From the NCBI GenBank assembly GCA_021613535.1, contig CP075493.1:1488001-1552000 (forward strand): DNA of 64,000 bases, read 5' to 3'. Shown here piece by piece: positions 1 through 12,948 of this stretch. The notes under the pieces were generated by a model, which saw nothing but the letters and a program-made list of their open reading frames with translations, searched no databases and was not told where the DNA came from. This DNA is from Adineta vaga. Lineage: Eukaryota > Animalia > Rotifera. How positions within the stretch are numbered: position 1 is the first letter of the stretch; the number at the start of each line of letters is the position of its first letter. A program made the position numbers and the translations under genes.

Positions 1-2036
1 ACAAGCAAAAGAAAATGTTTAAATTTTCGTTTTTTTTCTTTTCTTTCTTCGCTTATTGCGATCTATATAAAGCATATACTCGATTCTATTTCACTATCAG
101 TCGATCGATCGACACTTAGTTGTAAAGAAGACACATGTTACATATACTATAAATCAAATATAAATACTTTTCAAAACTATTAACAGAGCCTATGATGTTC
201 ACGTTGTTACACACTCTGTAATTTATTGATGATAATTTTCTTTAAAAAACTGAGGCTCATTAAAGGAATAACTCTTTATATTTCTATTTTTATTTCATAG
301 AAAAAAAAAAGAATACGATGATGTATATGCCTTGGTGATAAGGATCATGAGCTTTTCTCTTCTCATCACTATCGTCGTCATTGTCGTCGCCACTTTTTTA
401 TGAGATAAGGCTTCACTTTTGCATTGCTCTTGAGAGAAGAGAACAGTTGTTAAGCAAAAGTAATGTTCGTCAGAGCAACCATATCAGTCGAAACATAATA
501 AAAATAACCTTGGCCACATTTATATCGTTCTGTTCTAAAGAATAGCAAAATCGAGTTAAAACTAAAGTGGATTGATTCAAGTGTGTGCGTATGGTCAAAT
601 ATATTCCAATATCATATCTTTCTTGTTCTTCAATTCGAAAAGGATTACTTATTTCTTTAGTATCTCTCGTTCTTGTTGCTTTTATGAATGTCATCGAATA
701 AGTAAATGTGCGGCATATCAATATGCATTTTTGTGATTGTTTGCGTAATGATTTATGAGGATTAATTTAACTGAAGTATTCGAATGACGATGGTTAAAAC
801 CAAAACGAAATATTTCACAATAATCAATTAAGAAAATAAAACTATTGTTTCCTTTAATTAAAATTCGATAAAATCTAACGATTAGATGATATTTTTATTG
901 CTAATGATCATAGAGAATTACGAATCACTGCTTGTTAATATAGATAAAAGTATTCCTTTGTATGTTAGAATAAAGAAAATAAGTTGATCAATTCTTTGAA
1001 TCTATGTATTTCATCATTTATTTACATCTCTTTCTATAAATATTATATATTTCCAAACGTTATTTCATCACATACTATGGTCATTCTGATTGAACATAAC
1101 CGTCGATGAAGTGTATTTGATCGATCTTTTCTGCTGATCAGCAACAAAATATTTATTGTGTTTATATAATTTCATGTTCAATTAAATGTTTCAATAGTTT
1201 TTGATTTCTCTGTAATTGTAATACATTCAAAAAATCTTGTCCATCGTTATTCTTCTATTTCGTACATCAGAATCATCTTAGGCAAATATTTCAAAATAGC
1301 AAATCGATATTTTTTGACTAAGTTTTCCAATGCACATTTAATCAAATATTTTTCATACTCATTCCATGGTTGATATTGAAATAAAGAGTATTTATCTTCG
1401 ATGATTTCCACAATTTTTGATTGAACCATTTGAACAATATGTTATTGTTGATTTCGTCAATCGTTCCCGGTATATCAAACATGATTAATTCGATATAATC
1501 AATTTAGTGAACGGCAATTAAAGCATTCTTCAATAATCATGAATAATTTCAAGTTTTCATTCCACATTTTCCTTCCTTTTCTATCAATGAAACCAATTGT
1601 CGGTGAATAGATGGCAGCTATTGTTAGTTGTCGTTCTACATATAGCATTTACACAACTTATGATTATCTGTCGCTTTTATCAGTTGTAATCGGCATTTTT
1701 TTCTTTGTTCTAACTCCATGATTCTGACCCGACGATTGATATATAGTTATAATCTGGTAAACAACTAAAACTATGTCTATGTTGTATGATTATCTCGTTT
1801 TTAAATTCATTAAGATATAATTATTGATCATCATGCAATTCGTTCGATTTTCTGATCGTGAAAATAAAATTAGTCGATTGGCGTTATCGCCCGATAATAC
1901 CATTAATTGTCGATATTTTGAAAAAGCATTTCCCGGTGCTTTGAGTATACGATATAAAATCGATAACTCTCATGAATATATGAGGTGTGTAAAATAAATA
2001 TGTTCACATAATCGAAAGAGACAACTTTATTTTTAG

Positions 2037-3000
2037 TATACCTTTCAATGCTGATGGAAACTATTCATGAGAATGGGATTCAGATGTCATCTATGAAGTA
2101 GCCGATCCTTATAGTGAGAAGCTAAATATTTGATTTTAGAATATACTCTCTCTTTATGTTTCAGATGGTAAACCTTCACCATCTCCATCACCATCACCAT
2201 CTTCATCTCCATCAAAGATCATGTCATGGTTATTTACAGCTGCAAGTAAGTTCATCACTATTGTTATAATTGTGAAAATTTATAATTCTTTTACTGGGCG
2301 TTAGTTAATTTGGGTTTATGTTATTCTTTTTCAATGATAGATCTATTCAAATCTACAAGTTCGAATATTAATGATAAGAAAAACATTATGATCAAGTCCG
2401 TATAGAAAATGTAAGAAGATCCATCCTTTTATATGGTGTTGTGTTGTTTTGTATCTTTGTTTTTTGTATAACAAAACTTGAGAATGCATGATGCTTTTGT
2501 ATAAACGTATTAATTACATATATTGTCACATATTAGATATATCTAATCGCTTCTAGTTCTCATAAACTATATCTATGCTTTATGTGTGTATTATTATTAC
2601 TATTCAGATAACAGGTGAATACACCTGGAAATGTATATTTTATAGCTTCGATAGAATTATGCTAAGCTATATTAATATAATGTATTATTTAGGTATTTTA
2701 GGCATTTGTATGGGTTCTATTATGTATAACATGTGGTCAACTATATACGAAGATTGCATAAAATATTTCTCTTCTACTGCATCTGATCGTACTGAAACTT
2801 CCACATATCATTTTAAAATTCGAATAGCTATCGTAATTATTGTTTTGTCAGTATATATCACATCAATAAATAAAGTATCTCCATTGATCATTCGAACAAT
2901 ATGTATCAAATTCAAGGATTGGATGAAAAACATTGATTATGAACGCCTTACTTACAGTCCATTGGCTCCTCTACAAACAACTACTTCACCATCAACTTAA
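2037..3000 (+). pseudogene. Decayed multi-exon membrane-protein gene (unknown family)
   Basis: Phase-consistent exons 2037-2113 (IPFNADGNYS*EWDSDVIYEVADPY, in-frame TGA at 2068-2070) and 2165-2245 (GKPSPSPSPSPSSSPSKIMSWLFTAA) joined by a GT-AG intron. Downstream hydrophobic segments show frame breaks. Terminal part is ORF 2575-3000. Confidence 0.35.
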
Positions 3001-3156
3001 AGAATCTTTTGAAAAACGACTATGTCACAATTTTATTTTATTTCAAATAAAAAGATGTTATTCTTATAATCATCATAAAATAGAAAATTCAATGTTTAGG
3101 AAAAGCGAAAGTTTCATTGGAATCAAATAGTAAGGAATGTATAAGTTTCGTTTAGA

Positions 3157-6100
3157 TCAATTGATCTTATATTTAAGAGAAAGTCCATTCTTTGGTGACG
3201 ATCTTTTTGGTAAATTAATATCACGTACAGATAAACGATATTTGTTAAATAATTGTCGAGCAATAAGAATTGAATCACCTAGAAATTAAAAAAAGGTTTT
3301 CTCTCACATCGAACCAAATCAAATTTCTACCTTGTGTAGTCGTTGGATAAGTTTTTGTATCTAGCATAAAGAATGGTAATTCAGCTTCGAGAAATAAACG
3401 TTCATTTAAGACTTTTTGATCAATGGGTACACCCTAAATCAATTAAATATTTTTATAGATCAAATATTAAAAAACTTCCTACTTCAACAAGACTTTTCAC
3501 TAAAATATCGAAAAACACAAACCATCGCTTAGCATAATAACTATACAACAGAAAAGGAAACATAATAATACATCGACATCTAAGAAATTACATACTCTTG
3601 AATCATTCCTGACCAAAATTTATTTGCATAATCATATAAACCTAATGTATAATTATTTCCCCAAATCGATACTTGAAGTTTAGCATTAAGATTATAAAAA
3701 TGAATATCTTCTTCACTGTCAGCAAATTGTAATGCGTCTCGCACCCAATTTCCTAATAAAAATCGACGATCTGATGCTAAAATTAATTCTGTATCGCCTA
3801 AGATATCAACAAGAAGTGCTGCTTGAGTACTAAAAATATAAATTCATTTATTAATGTGTACATAAAGAAAACGAAAGATCCTTTTATCGATTACAAACCT
3901 AACTCCATAAAGATCACTTTGATTATATGCCGCAACCAATTGAGTGTAAGTACTGTAAAAATGATATTGAAGAACTTCTTTGGTGATGTCGACTAAATCA
4001 TATCGAAATAAATCCGATTGAAGTTCATTTGATGCAATAACTAACAATTCCCATGCGGAGAATAATAATTTCAAATCGAAATTGATCTAATCAAAATTTT
4101 CTATGTGAGCATTTTCTGTTTTTTAGTTATTCAAAATCTCTTACATCTTGTTGATCGTAAAGTTTCGGTCTACTTAACATAACCGATCGATCACCATAAG
4201 GATTGTCATGATAAACTGAATTTCCAAGAATCTTCCATGCATATAATGCTGTTTTAGGTAGTGATTGATTATTACCATATCGACGCGTAACAAAATGAGC
4301 AAGCCATTCATTCAATTCAGTAGCATTCAATGGACTTCGCCATGATTGTTCCAATGCAAATTCATACATGATTTCATTCTGATTGATACCTTCCATAGTA
4401 ATACCAACTCCAATCATATGATCACCTGAAAATTGTCGTGCTGCTTGTGGTCCCTGAAAATAAAATCGAAATTATTGATAATTGAAAGAACCTTCTATTC
4501 ACATGTGTAACATTGACAAGTGAACCAAAGAGATAGTTATTTCCACCAAAATCATGTAACATATTCCAAATATAATAATGTCCATAGAAAGATTCGAAAC
4601 GAGAATATTCAGGAATGGCTTCAGAAAATAAATCCAGTAGAATTAAATGACCCTGAAATCAAAATTCAATACATATTATATAATTATAAGACCAAAATAA
4701 AAAAACGTATTCTTACAATAGGAACTTTACTAAGGTAACTTTTTGCTCGAGCTGGCGTCCAAAAATCGGATAGAAATAACCATGCTTGCATGACCCTATA
4801 GATATAAAACATAAAAGAAAACAAAAAGTTTCTTAAGTCGTTTACCAAACAGCATTTGGATCGACTGTTTTCATCGCTTGAAAAATACCTGCATTAACAT
4901 TCGCTAAATATTGAAGATCACTGAAGACGACAAAAGTTTACTAATTAATAACATTCAACCAATATTATATACCTATTTGGTGGCGTCATTTCATTAAATA
5001 AATCACAGGCATAATAATGGGATTTAAGATTGAGTGCTGTCACCGTCTATTACAAGAGATTTCTTGAAGAAAAAATCTGTCGATACTTTGAACTTAACAT
5101 ACTTCGTTTAATAATTCGACTCCAACTTGTTGAAAGAATGGATCAGTAGGATCCAAATATGGTAAACTAAAATGAATAATCTGTTTCATAATGAATCGTT
5201 TTTTATTTGAAAAACAGACCATGATTCATTGCAACCAAAACCAACCCAATCTGATGATTTATAAAACTTTGCTGTTGGAAAACGTCTAAACAGTTATCGG
5301 AAAACATACTTTTCTTGATTTATTGTAAAAATCATTCATTTTTTTACTTACACAGGAGCAGTTCGAGGCATAAAACCAGTAAATGCTGGCAAAACTGGTA
5401 TGATACCAATATCCGTCATTCGTTGAATGATTTGCTTAGCAAGTTGAAATTGTGCTTGATGCCAATTATTTGATAAAGGACCACCATGCTTTTGAAGATT
5501 ACCCATACGAAACCTGTTTGTATTTTCATAGAAATAAATGACCGTCAAGAAAAGAAAATTGTTTTTACCAAGCTAAGAAAGCAGGACCAGTAAAATAACT
5601 ATCAAGTTCACTTTGTGGAAAACCCATTCGTAGAAAAACCTAATAAAAAACACAGAATAATACAGATACAGATAAAGTTAATTTCAATTGATTACTTTAT
5701 TATAAATATATTCCATTCCGGTTGTTGCATAAACTATATTAATACCATTCATCGCCATCCAATCTATTTCTTTTTCCCATCTTCACATTGAACAAAGAAA
5801 AGGCCGTAGAAAGTTCATAAAGATATCTATTTACCTTGAGAAATTCCAAAAGACTGCAGAGTAACTAAATGTACATGGATTTCCATACCAACGATACAAA
5901 TCATTAGCAACGATTCGAATAGTTTCACTTATTGGCAATAATGTAGAACCAGTCAGACGATTATTCTTTCCTGCCCAATAAACTATAGTGGAAAATAGAT
6001 GCATCTCTTATGAATGATATTTTTATTATTTCATACCTGAACTATCAGCTACATATTTCAAATAGTAATTAAAACCCCAAGCTGCAGCTACACCTGTCGA

Positions 6101-6534
6101 TGCAGATATTCGTATTGAGCCTGCTACTGATCCATTCGAAAGTTCAAACACATCTTTGCCATTAACCGCTAAATCTGCATTAACTACGACTTCAAAACTT
6201 TTTGCAACCGGAGCACCATCGAGTGCTCGTGATATTAAATCAGAAACAGCTTGTGCTGACGTTGGAGATACAATAGGCTTTGGCCAATCAACAGCATACG
6301 ATTCTGGAAAAAGAATACAATATTTTCATAATGTTTCGCAATCATCGTTTATTAAAAACTATCATGAAAATATAACTGCCGTGTCATACTTTAAGACAAA
6401 TCTTCAATCACGAATTGTTTTTCTTCTATTCATCTTTCAACGTGTATATATGAATAATAATAATAATCCCATCACTTACGATATAATAGTGACAAACCCA
6501 CAAGACATGATAATAAACAACGTATCATCGTCAT
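3157..6534 (-). CDS. NAGLU: Alpha-N-acetylglucosaminidase (GH89), multi-exon, signal peptide
   Basis: Exon 1 [18 protein letters not shown] (signal peptide). Motifs [99 protein letters not shown]. Stop at 3157. Confidence 0.95.
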
Positions 6535-6692
6535 CTAGAGAGCACAGGTTTAGTTTATTCTTCGGTTTTTTTTCTTTACGAAGAGATAGAATAAGATAAT
6601 AAAAAGAGAAAGATCAACAAAAAAAAGAGGTGCAAACATTAGTGTAACATCACATTTTTAATTTGAAAAGAAAAACGTGAATCTTTTTATGT

Positions 6693-8565
6693 TTATGATC
6701 GAACAGCATGAACTGTTTCTTCTTTATTGATTAAATGGCATGTTTTATTGATAATTGTCATTAAGGAATTCAAATTAACCGACCATTCATTAAGAATTTC
6801 TTGTGGTGATTGTTTCTGTTGAAATGTAACGATATCTTGAAGACGATCAATTTTTGCGCTTATTGTTTTATTTGAAACCAAATTTGATAAGAATTGTTCA
6901 GCTTCATCCTTAGTTAATTCAAGTAATTCAGCCATTTTTTGTGTACGAACGCGTGTATAATATTTAGCCATAATACGCATGTTCTATATTGAATAGAAAA
7001 TAGACATTTGTTTTTCTGAGGACTATAATAAAGAATGAAACTTACATGTTCAACAACACGAACTTTAAAATCTTCCCAACTTTTTTTTCCATCTTCTTTA
7101 TTTGTAAAAACAGTTGTTGCTCGATCGTCAGCAGTACCATTTTTTAATTCATGTTCGAAATTCTTCAAAATATCTTTCCAATGAATAAGTTCTTGAGTTT
7201 TAAAACGTTGTAATAATTCTCTGAAAAATACGCAAATCGATAATTAAGAAAATAGCAGAACATCTTTTCGTATATTTTACTTGTATTTTGGAATTTGTTC
7301 GAGATTTTTATCGAGAAATAAACGATGTAAAAAGTCCGATTGTTCATTATTATAAGGTGATAAAGTCAAATAGAGGACAACATATTTTAATGCTTGTTTC
7401 ATTTTTTCTGAATCTTGTTTAATACGTGGTGTTTCATAATAATGTTTATAATGTTGACAAACATCAAAATAATTCTTTTCGTGTAAATCCATTTCAATCA
7501 TTAATTCATAATATTTCAATTTCAAATCCTAAATAAAGAACGATTTCATATAGGAACTATCTAAGTTCATGAACGGATCTTAAACTACGAAGATATTTTT
7601 CGATCGACCTCAATGATAAGAAATCATATCGTTACATATTACAATACTCATGAACCCTTGGGACTAAAGAATGAAAACAAAATATTTTACATGTGAGGCT
7701 TCATCATCAAATGATTTTGTATTGATTTTTTTCGAAATAATTTGCGTTCGAATATAATCATTTTTTGCCAAACATAAACGCATTTGCTCCAATAAAAATT
7801 CCAATTTTTCACGTCGATCCATAGTACCATACGTTTCTACCTAGTAGAAATAAAACAATACCATACGAACATATTGTTTAAACTAAGAGATCAATCTTAC
7901 TTGAAGTTCTTGCAAAATTTCGGCTGCTTCCTTTGTTTTACCTTGACTTTCATAGATATCAGATAATTTTTTTGTTAATCGTGCACGTTCATTTTCAACA
8001 AAAATCTACATAGAATTCATTCAAAATAAACAAAAACCACACTTCGTTTTTCTAAATCATTTACTTTGCCTGTAGTCACGTTACGAAGTGTTTCAATTAA
8101 TTTCAATTTTGTATCCAAATCCGGTGTTTTTTCAACTAATTCATATGCTTCTTGAACCATTTTTGTAATTGCTTGTTTCAATTGACTACGACGTTTTGAT
8201 AACGTCACGATATGTTCATTCAAAAGTTCCCATTGTTTTGCTGCATAACAATATTTAACAATAGCAACAAGAACACGTCCTGTTGAAATCGCATCAGCTG
8301 CCTAAGTATGATAATCTGTGATACAAGAGAGATTCGATTTATGTTGGAAAAATCTTACAGTACGAGTTTGTTTTTCCAATGGTAATAATCGTTCAAGAGC
8401 ATCGTTTAATTTCGATGGATCCTAAATAAAGTAGAAGTTGTTTGAAAATATCTTAAAATTAAAATTTCAATTTACTTTCATCATTTCATCACATTCTTTG
8501 AGTTTTTGATCGACTACTGATGAGTAATCGACTTCCATTTTAATGAGTCTATCGGCATCAGCCAT
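6693..8565 (-). CDS. PSMD12: 26S proteasome non-ATPase regulatory subunit 12 (Rpn5), multi-exon
   Basis: Start [15 protein letters not shown]. Motifs [95 protein letters not shown] (PCI domain). Confidence 0.97.
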
Positions 8566-9027
8566 ATTTGTTGATATTATTGAATATTATGATCTACAAT
8601 AAAAAGCATATGTCAACAATAAATTCACGAACAAAACATATATAATCTTAAGTGTTTGAATTCGATGACAAAACCACTATGAAATTCATCGAACCGGTGC
8701 ATTTTGTTTTATTAAATAGGTGGAACGATATAAGTTTCTATTGGATACATACTATGCCAAATCAATAATCATAGTGATGTATGAGAGACATCTGTCGCTC
8801 ATGAGAAATAATACGATATTAGCGTACTTCGAATTTGAATGCATGTTGTTGTAGCCTAGCCGCTAGCTAGCTTTAGTCCGATGATAATTAACATTCTTTA
8901 TATCAATCAATTGTAATCATTTTGCTGTTTTCGAAAATAATATTTTGCCTACGTTTATAAATCCAAACAATAGTCTTTCTTCTTTCTTATTTTCTTATCG
9001 ACCGTGGCTACATCATCTCAGGTTCTC

Positions 9028-9160
9028 GAATCCGGCAACGGATTCTATAGAATCCGGTCGGAAGAAAACTCAGTCATATGCTTCAAATTTGATGAACGGC
9101 GTTTTTAGCTATATTGTACTACGACCTTATGCTCACCTATCGGATCCGTCAAAATCCGAT
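9028..9160. repeat. GC-rich palindromic element (MITE/foldback-like relic)
   Basis: Hairpin gaatccg-gcaa-cggattc (9028-9045) overlaps a perfect 18-bp palindrome cggattctatagaatccg (9039-9056), followed by tccggtcggaa. A related motif occurs at 19516-19590. Confidence 0.45.
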
Positions 9161-9189
9161 TGCGAACAACCGAATAATAAACGCCATTC

Positions 9190-9975
9190 CATCAACGATG
9201 TCATTGCCAGCAAAAAGAATAAAACTCTTGCTGTGAAAGATGAAGATATTTTGATAAGTTTTGCAAATTATGGATCAAGTAATTGATTCATACTAGATGA
9301 TTCTAAACAAAAATCATCGATAATAAAGTTATTTGAACATGGTGCGTGCTTCTTTTTTTGTTTCTAAAACAAGGAATTTATTATTTATCTAATCTAGATC
9401 CAGACCGATGTAATATGATAAATCTATCGAATTCATTTCGGTTAATGCAAGAAGTATGTCAATACTCTTATTATTGTCTCAGATGAACGCCAAAAGAACT
9501 TTTGCTCTTCCTTTCATTCACTCTATCGTCACTGTAGAACCTAAAGGAGTTAGACGACTTGAAGTGATTTATCAGCAAATTCATAAGTAGGTTTCCTAAA
9601 AAAGATAAGTCAATTGAAAACACCAATCACGTTGTTTCATTCGTTTTTATTAACCAACATATCAGTAAAAACATTGACCTTTCTTTGTTTTTTTAATTCA
9701 TATTCTATATTCAACACTATATAAACAATGAACGTTTATCCATTTTATAGACAATGCGTAATATGGAATTGCAACGAGTTCAAAGTGCGAGACATATTCG
9801 ATACAATTTCATGAACGACCAAAATAAAACATCAATGGTCGAACAAATCATCGAAAAAGGTTTGCTAGGTACCGAAGAGGTTATGGAGAAGGTTTCTGAT
9901 ATCATCCTCACAATAACCTCAGAACAAACTCAAATGATCCATTTATTAAAATTAGTGATTCAAGGCAGAATGTAA
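9190..9975 (+). pseudogene. Decayed gene fragment with intron-like boundaries (unknown family)
   Basis: Splice-like junctions near 9342, 9397, 9587 and 9750. Last exon-like ORF 9754-9975 is helical or coiled-coil-like. Upstream pieces contain stops. Confidence 0.25.
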
Positions 9976-10370
9976 TGACTGATGATTTATACGATATAGT
10001 TGACTCTTCAATCATACAATTTATCTGTAGCTAAAACTTTGATAATAACTTATTGAATTATGTATTTTCGATCAGATTTACAACTGAATGACTCTTTCTT
10101 CAGACAGACTAATTTTATATAAAAATGGGCATTTACTTAGAACTATTCATTTAAATTCTAAAATATATAAATACTGTATATTTGATGATATTGAAAACGG
10201 ATTTATAAATTGTCTTTCTGTCTGTGCTTACAACATTTATTATTTCAATTCTAAATGTTATTCTATAAACAAATATCCGAACATTACATGATTTCAAACA
10301 TTGATGGATGTTTTCAGGATTTATATCATCATAGTCAATAGTTGATTTGTTATTGTTCCCATGTCATGCT

Positions 10371-10461
10371 AAATGAACAATTGCAAAGAAGCGTCATATA
10401 AAACGAAAATAAAAATTACATAAACGATTTGCTTCAAGATTTATTCGAACGTTGCCTTTAA
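10371..10461 (+). pseudogene. Relic of the secreted prepropeptide gene at 43993-44548
   Basis: Translates IAKKRHIKRK*KLHKRFASRFIRTLPL versus IAKKSYAKRKR...RKRKLHKRFALRFIRKSL in the intact gene. DNA similarity is visible by eye. In-frame TAA. Confidence 0.6.
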
Positions 10462-11241
10462 TATGTCGAATAATAACTAAAAGCCTTCGGGTATTACTAC
10501 TCAATCCTACGATAAGATATTGCAATACAATAAAAGCATTGAAATAGTCCAGTGCAAATAGCTGCTGATGAATTGCACCGTTCTTTCGCATGACTAAAAG
10601 ATGTATATAAACTGTTACTTACCACTAGAATGAATGTGCGGAAGAGTAACCCAGATCTAACAAAACGGCCTGTAATCACTGATATAGTATAGTAATGATC
10701 GTAGTTTCGTATAATCTATGTTGTGAAAAATTCTTAAAGAAATTGGTAATACTAATGTATTATTTCCTTTTCTTATCTGATCCTATGGATACAATAGTCG
10801 GAGTAGTATAACGAGGTCTGAAATTCAATTTTTCTTATTCAAACTAATTCTTATATCATAAAGATATGTAATAGATGACAGCTAGTAGTATATACTACGT
10901 CTGATCGTTATATCAGAATGAAAGAATTAAGAGAATATCAATGAAGTACCGACAGTTGTCAATATCTCATTTATCGATCGGCACGTATAATAGAGTTGTT
11001 TTAATCAATCACATGTGATGTCTACAAAGTTTATAAACAGAACGTGTCGATCATCGATTAACTTTGATCTCACTCACTCTCTCTCTCTCTCTTTTCTGAC
11101 GAACACATAGCGATAAAAAGGGTAAGACAATATTGTCAAAGTACAACAAATATACAAAAGAGCAAGAGAGAAAAAAGAAGAATAACGAACGCATCACTAT
11201 CTTTCATTTACTCTTTAATCCACTTCACTTATACATTTACA

Positions 11242-12645
11242 ATGATGAAGATTATACTTCTACTTTTTTCTCAATTCTTTATTCTAAATGCTTTATTGCA
11301 TTCAAAGAAATTTTCATTGGTAAATACGACTGATCATCGTACACTTGTCAATGTTAAAATTTATTCCAATCTTGCTGAAGTTATTCAACCGTTAGGAAAA
11401 TTACCACTTGAATTTTCTGTGGACGATTGGTCTGATATTCGTTCTGATTCTATTACTCTTGTTGGTTCAAATGTTAATGTTACACAACAAACAATGACTG
11501 AAAAGAAACTATGTCTGAATAATCTTCAATTGTATATTCGTTCTCCATCCTCAACACAGACGGAAACAAAATTTGTTAAAGCTACAATGATTGATGAAAG
11601 TCGAAATCTAGTTAAATGTATTGATAAAGACATCAGTAAAGAACCAATTTTTCTTACTGTGCAATCCCATGATATAGTGTATATTGATGAACCATCTCCA
11701 TCTAAATATTATGTTAATTTCATTTATAATACAACAGGTGAAGTTCATCTAAGTTATCTTCGTTCAAATCTCAATTGGAAAACACGTTATCAATTGAATC
11801 TATTTGAAGAATCAAAACAACCAGTTATTATTGCCATGGCTGATATTCGTAATGATGGAAAATCCAGAATCAATATTGAACATGCTGAACTTATTGGTGG
11901 TGATATTAATCTTCGTATGTTCGAACACCATCGATCTGAACGATATGAACTTCGAGAACATGCTGTGACGTATGCCTCAGCTAACACACAACTATCAGGT
12001 GGATCATCTCCAGCGTCAGTTTCACGAGGTGAAGAAATCGCTGGTTTATATGTCTTTTCAATTAATCAACCATTATCAATTGATGCGAAAACAAATTATC
12101 TTTTACATATGTTTCGTCCACAAGTAGCTGTTGAACGTTATGGATTGATTCGAAAATCATTTTTTAGCGGCGTTGGAAATTCATTTGATAAAGTTCAACG
12201 ATCATATCGTTTATCATCTGATCGTTTCCTTTCTCGTGGAAACTGTATTTTACGTGAATATGATCGACTTGTTGGAGAAATTCTATTACCTGATTTGGCA
12301 GCCAAAGATAAACATGAATTTTCTATTGGTCAAGATGCAGATGTTGTTTATAGAGAAAATGTTACTCTATTGTCTTCACATACTTTTAATGAAACTTTAC
12401 GATCGGCAAGTAAAGAAGTTGAAGAACGAACACAAACAATTTATATGATTCATTTATCAGTGAAGAATTTCAAAAAGAATCGTTCAGTGAAAGTTGAATA
12501 TCGACAAGAAGTTTATGCTCGATCAGTAAAACTGACAACCAGTAATGGAGGATTTGTACAAGACGGAACCATCATCAAATCGTCAATGACATTATCGACT
12601 GAGGAAGAAAAAGTTTTATCATATAAAATGGAAATGATTAGTTGA
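11242..12645 (+). CDS. Secreted DUF4139-like protein, intronless, probable horizontal acquisition
   Basis: 467-aa single-exon ORF with N-terminal signal peptide. Segments LSYLRSNLNWKTRYQL, AMADIRND, AELIGGDINL and GLYVFSINQPLSI resemble bacterial DUF4139 proteins (from memory, no search run). Confidence 0.75.
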   Translation: MMKIILLLFSQFFILNALLHSKKFSLVNTTDHRTLVNVKIYSNLAEVIQPLGKLPLEFSVDDWSDIRSDSITLVGSNVNVTQQTMTEKKLCLNNLQLYIRSPSSTQTETKFVKATMIDESRNLVKCIDKDISKEPIFLTVQSHDIVYIDEPSPSKYYVNFIYNTTGEVHLSYLRSNLNWKTRYQLNLFEESKQPVIIAMADIRNDGKSRINIEHAELIGGDINLRMFEHHRSERYELREHAVTYASANTQLSGGSSPASVSRGEEIAGLYVFSINQPLSIDAKTNYLLHMFRPQVAVERYGLIRKSFFSGVGNSFDKVQRSYRLSSDRFLSRGNCILREYDRLVGEILLPDLAAKDKHEFSIGQDADVVYRENVTLLSSHTFNETLRSASKEVEERTQTIYMIHLSVKNFKKNRSVKVEYRQEVYARSVKLTTSNGGFVQDGTIIKSSMTLSTEEEKVLSYKMEMIS

Positions 12646-12948
12646 AGTTCTGAACTTTCGTGTGTTTTTTATGCTTTTTGACGTGTTGTTATTTGACAAT
12701 ATTTAGTATAATCTAATAAATTCATATGAGAATTGATACGGTCTGATCACAGCTAAAGAAAGTCATGCTATCCTCAATATAACAGCCAGTTGACATTAAA
12801 GATGTGTTTAAGTCACACTTTGCTCTGGAGTTATTAGAGTTTTTTTTTGGAAACAGACCATCAAATGATTGATTTCTTCTCTTTATTATGTAAAAAATAA
12901 ACACTTTATCATATTTTATACAAAAAGAAAACTTTGATAAAATAAAAA

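Noticed and set aside
330-435. Minus-strand Asp-rich stretch resembling the prepropeptide spacer (GDDNDDDSDEKRK)
   Set aside because: Low-complexity similarity only, with stops nearby. Homology cannot be supported.
6156-6599. 147-aa plus-strand ORF
   Set aside because: Antisense shadow of NAGLU exons 1-2.
10088-10330. Fragment vaguely like a laminin-G domain (NGFINCLS)
   Set aside because: Too short and degenerate.
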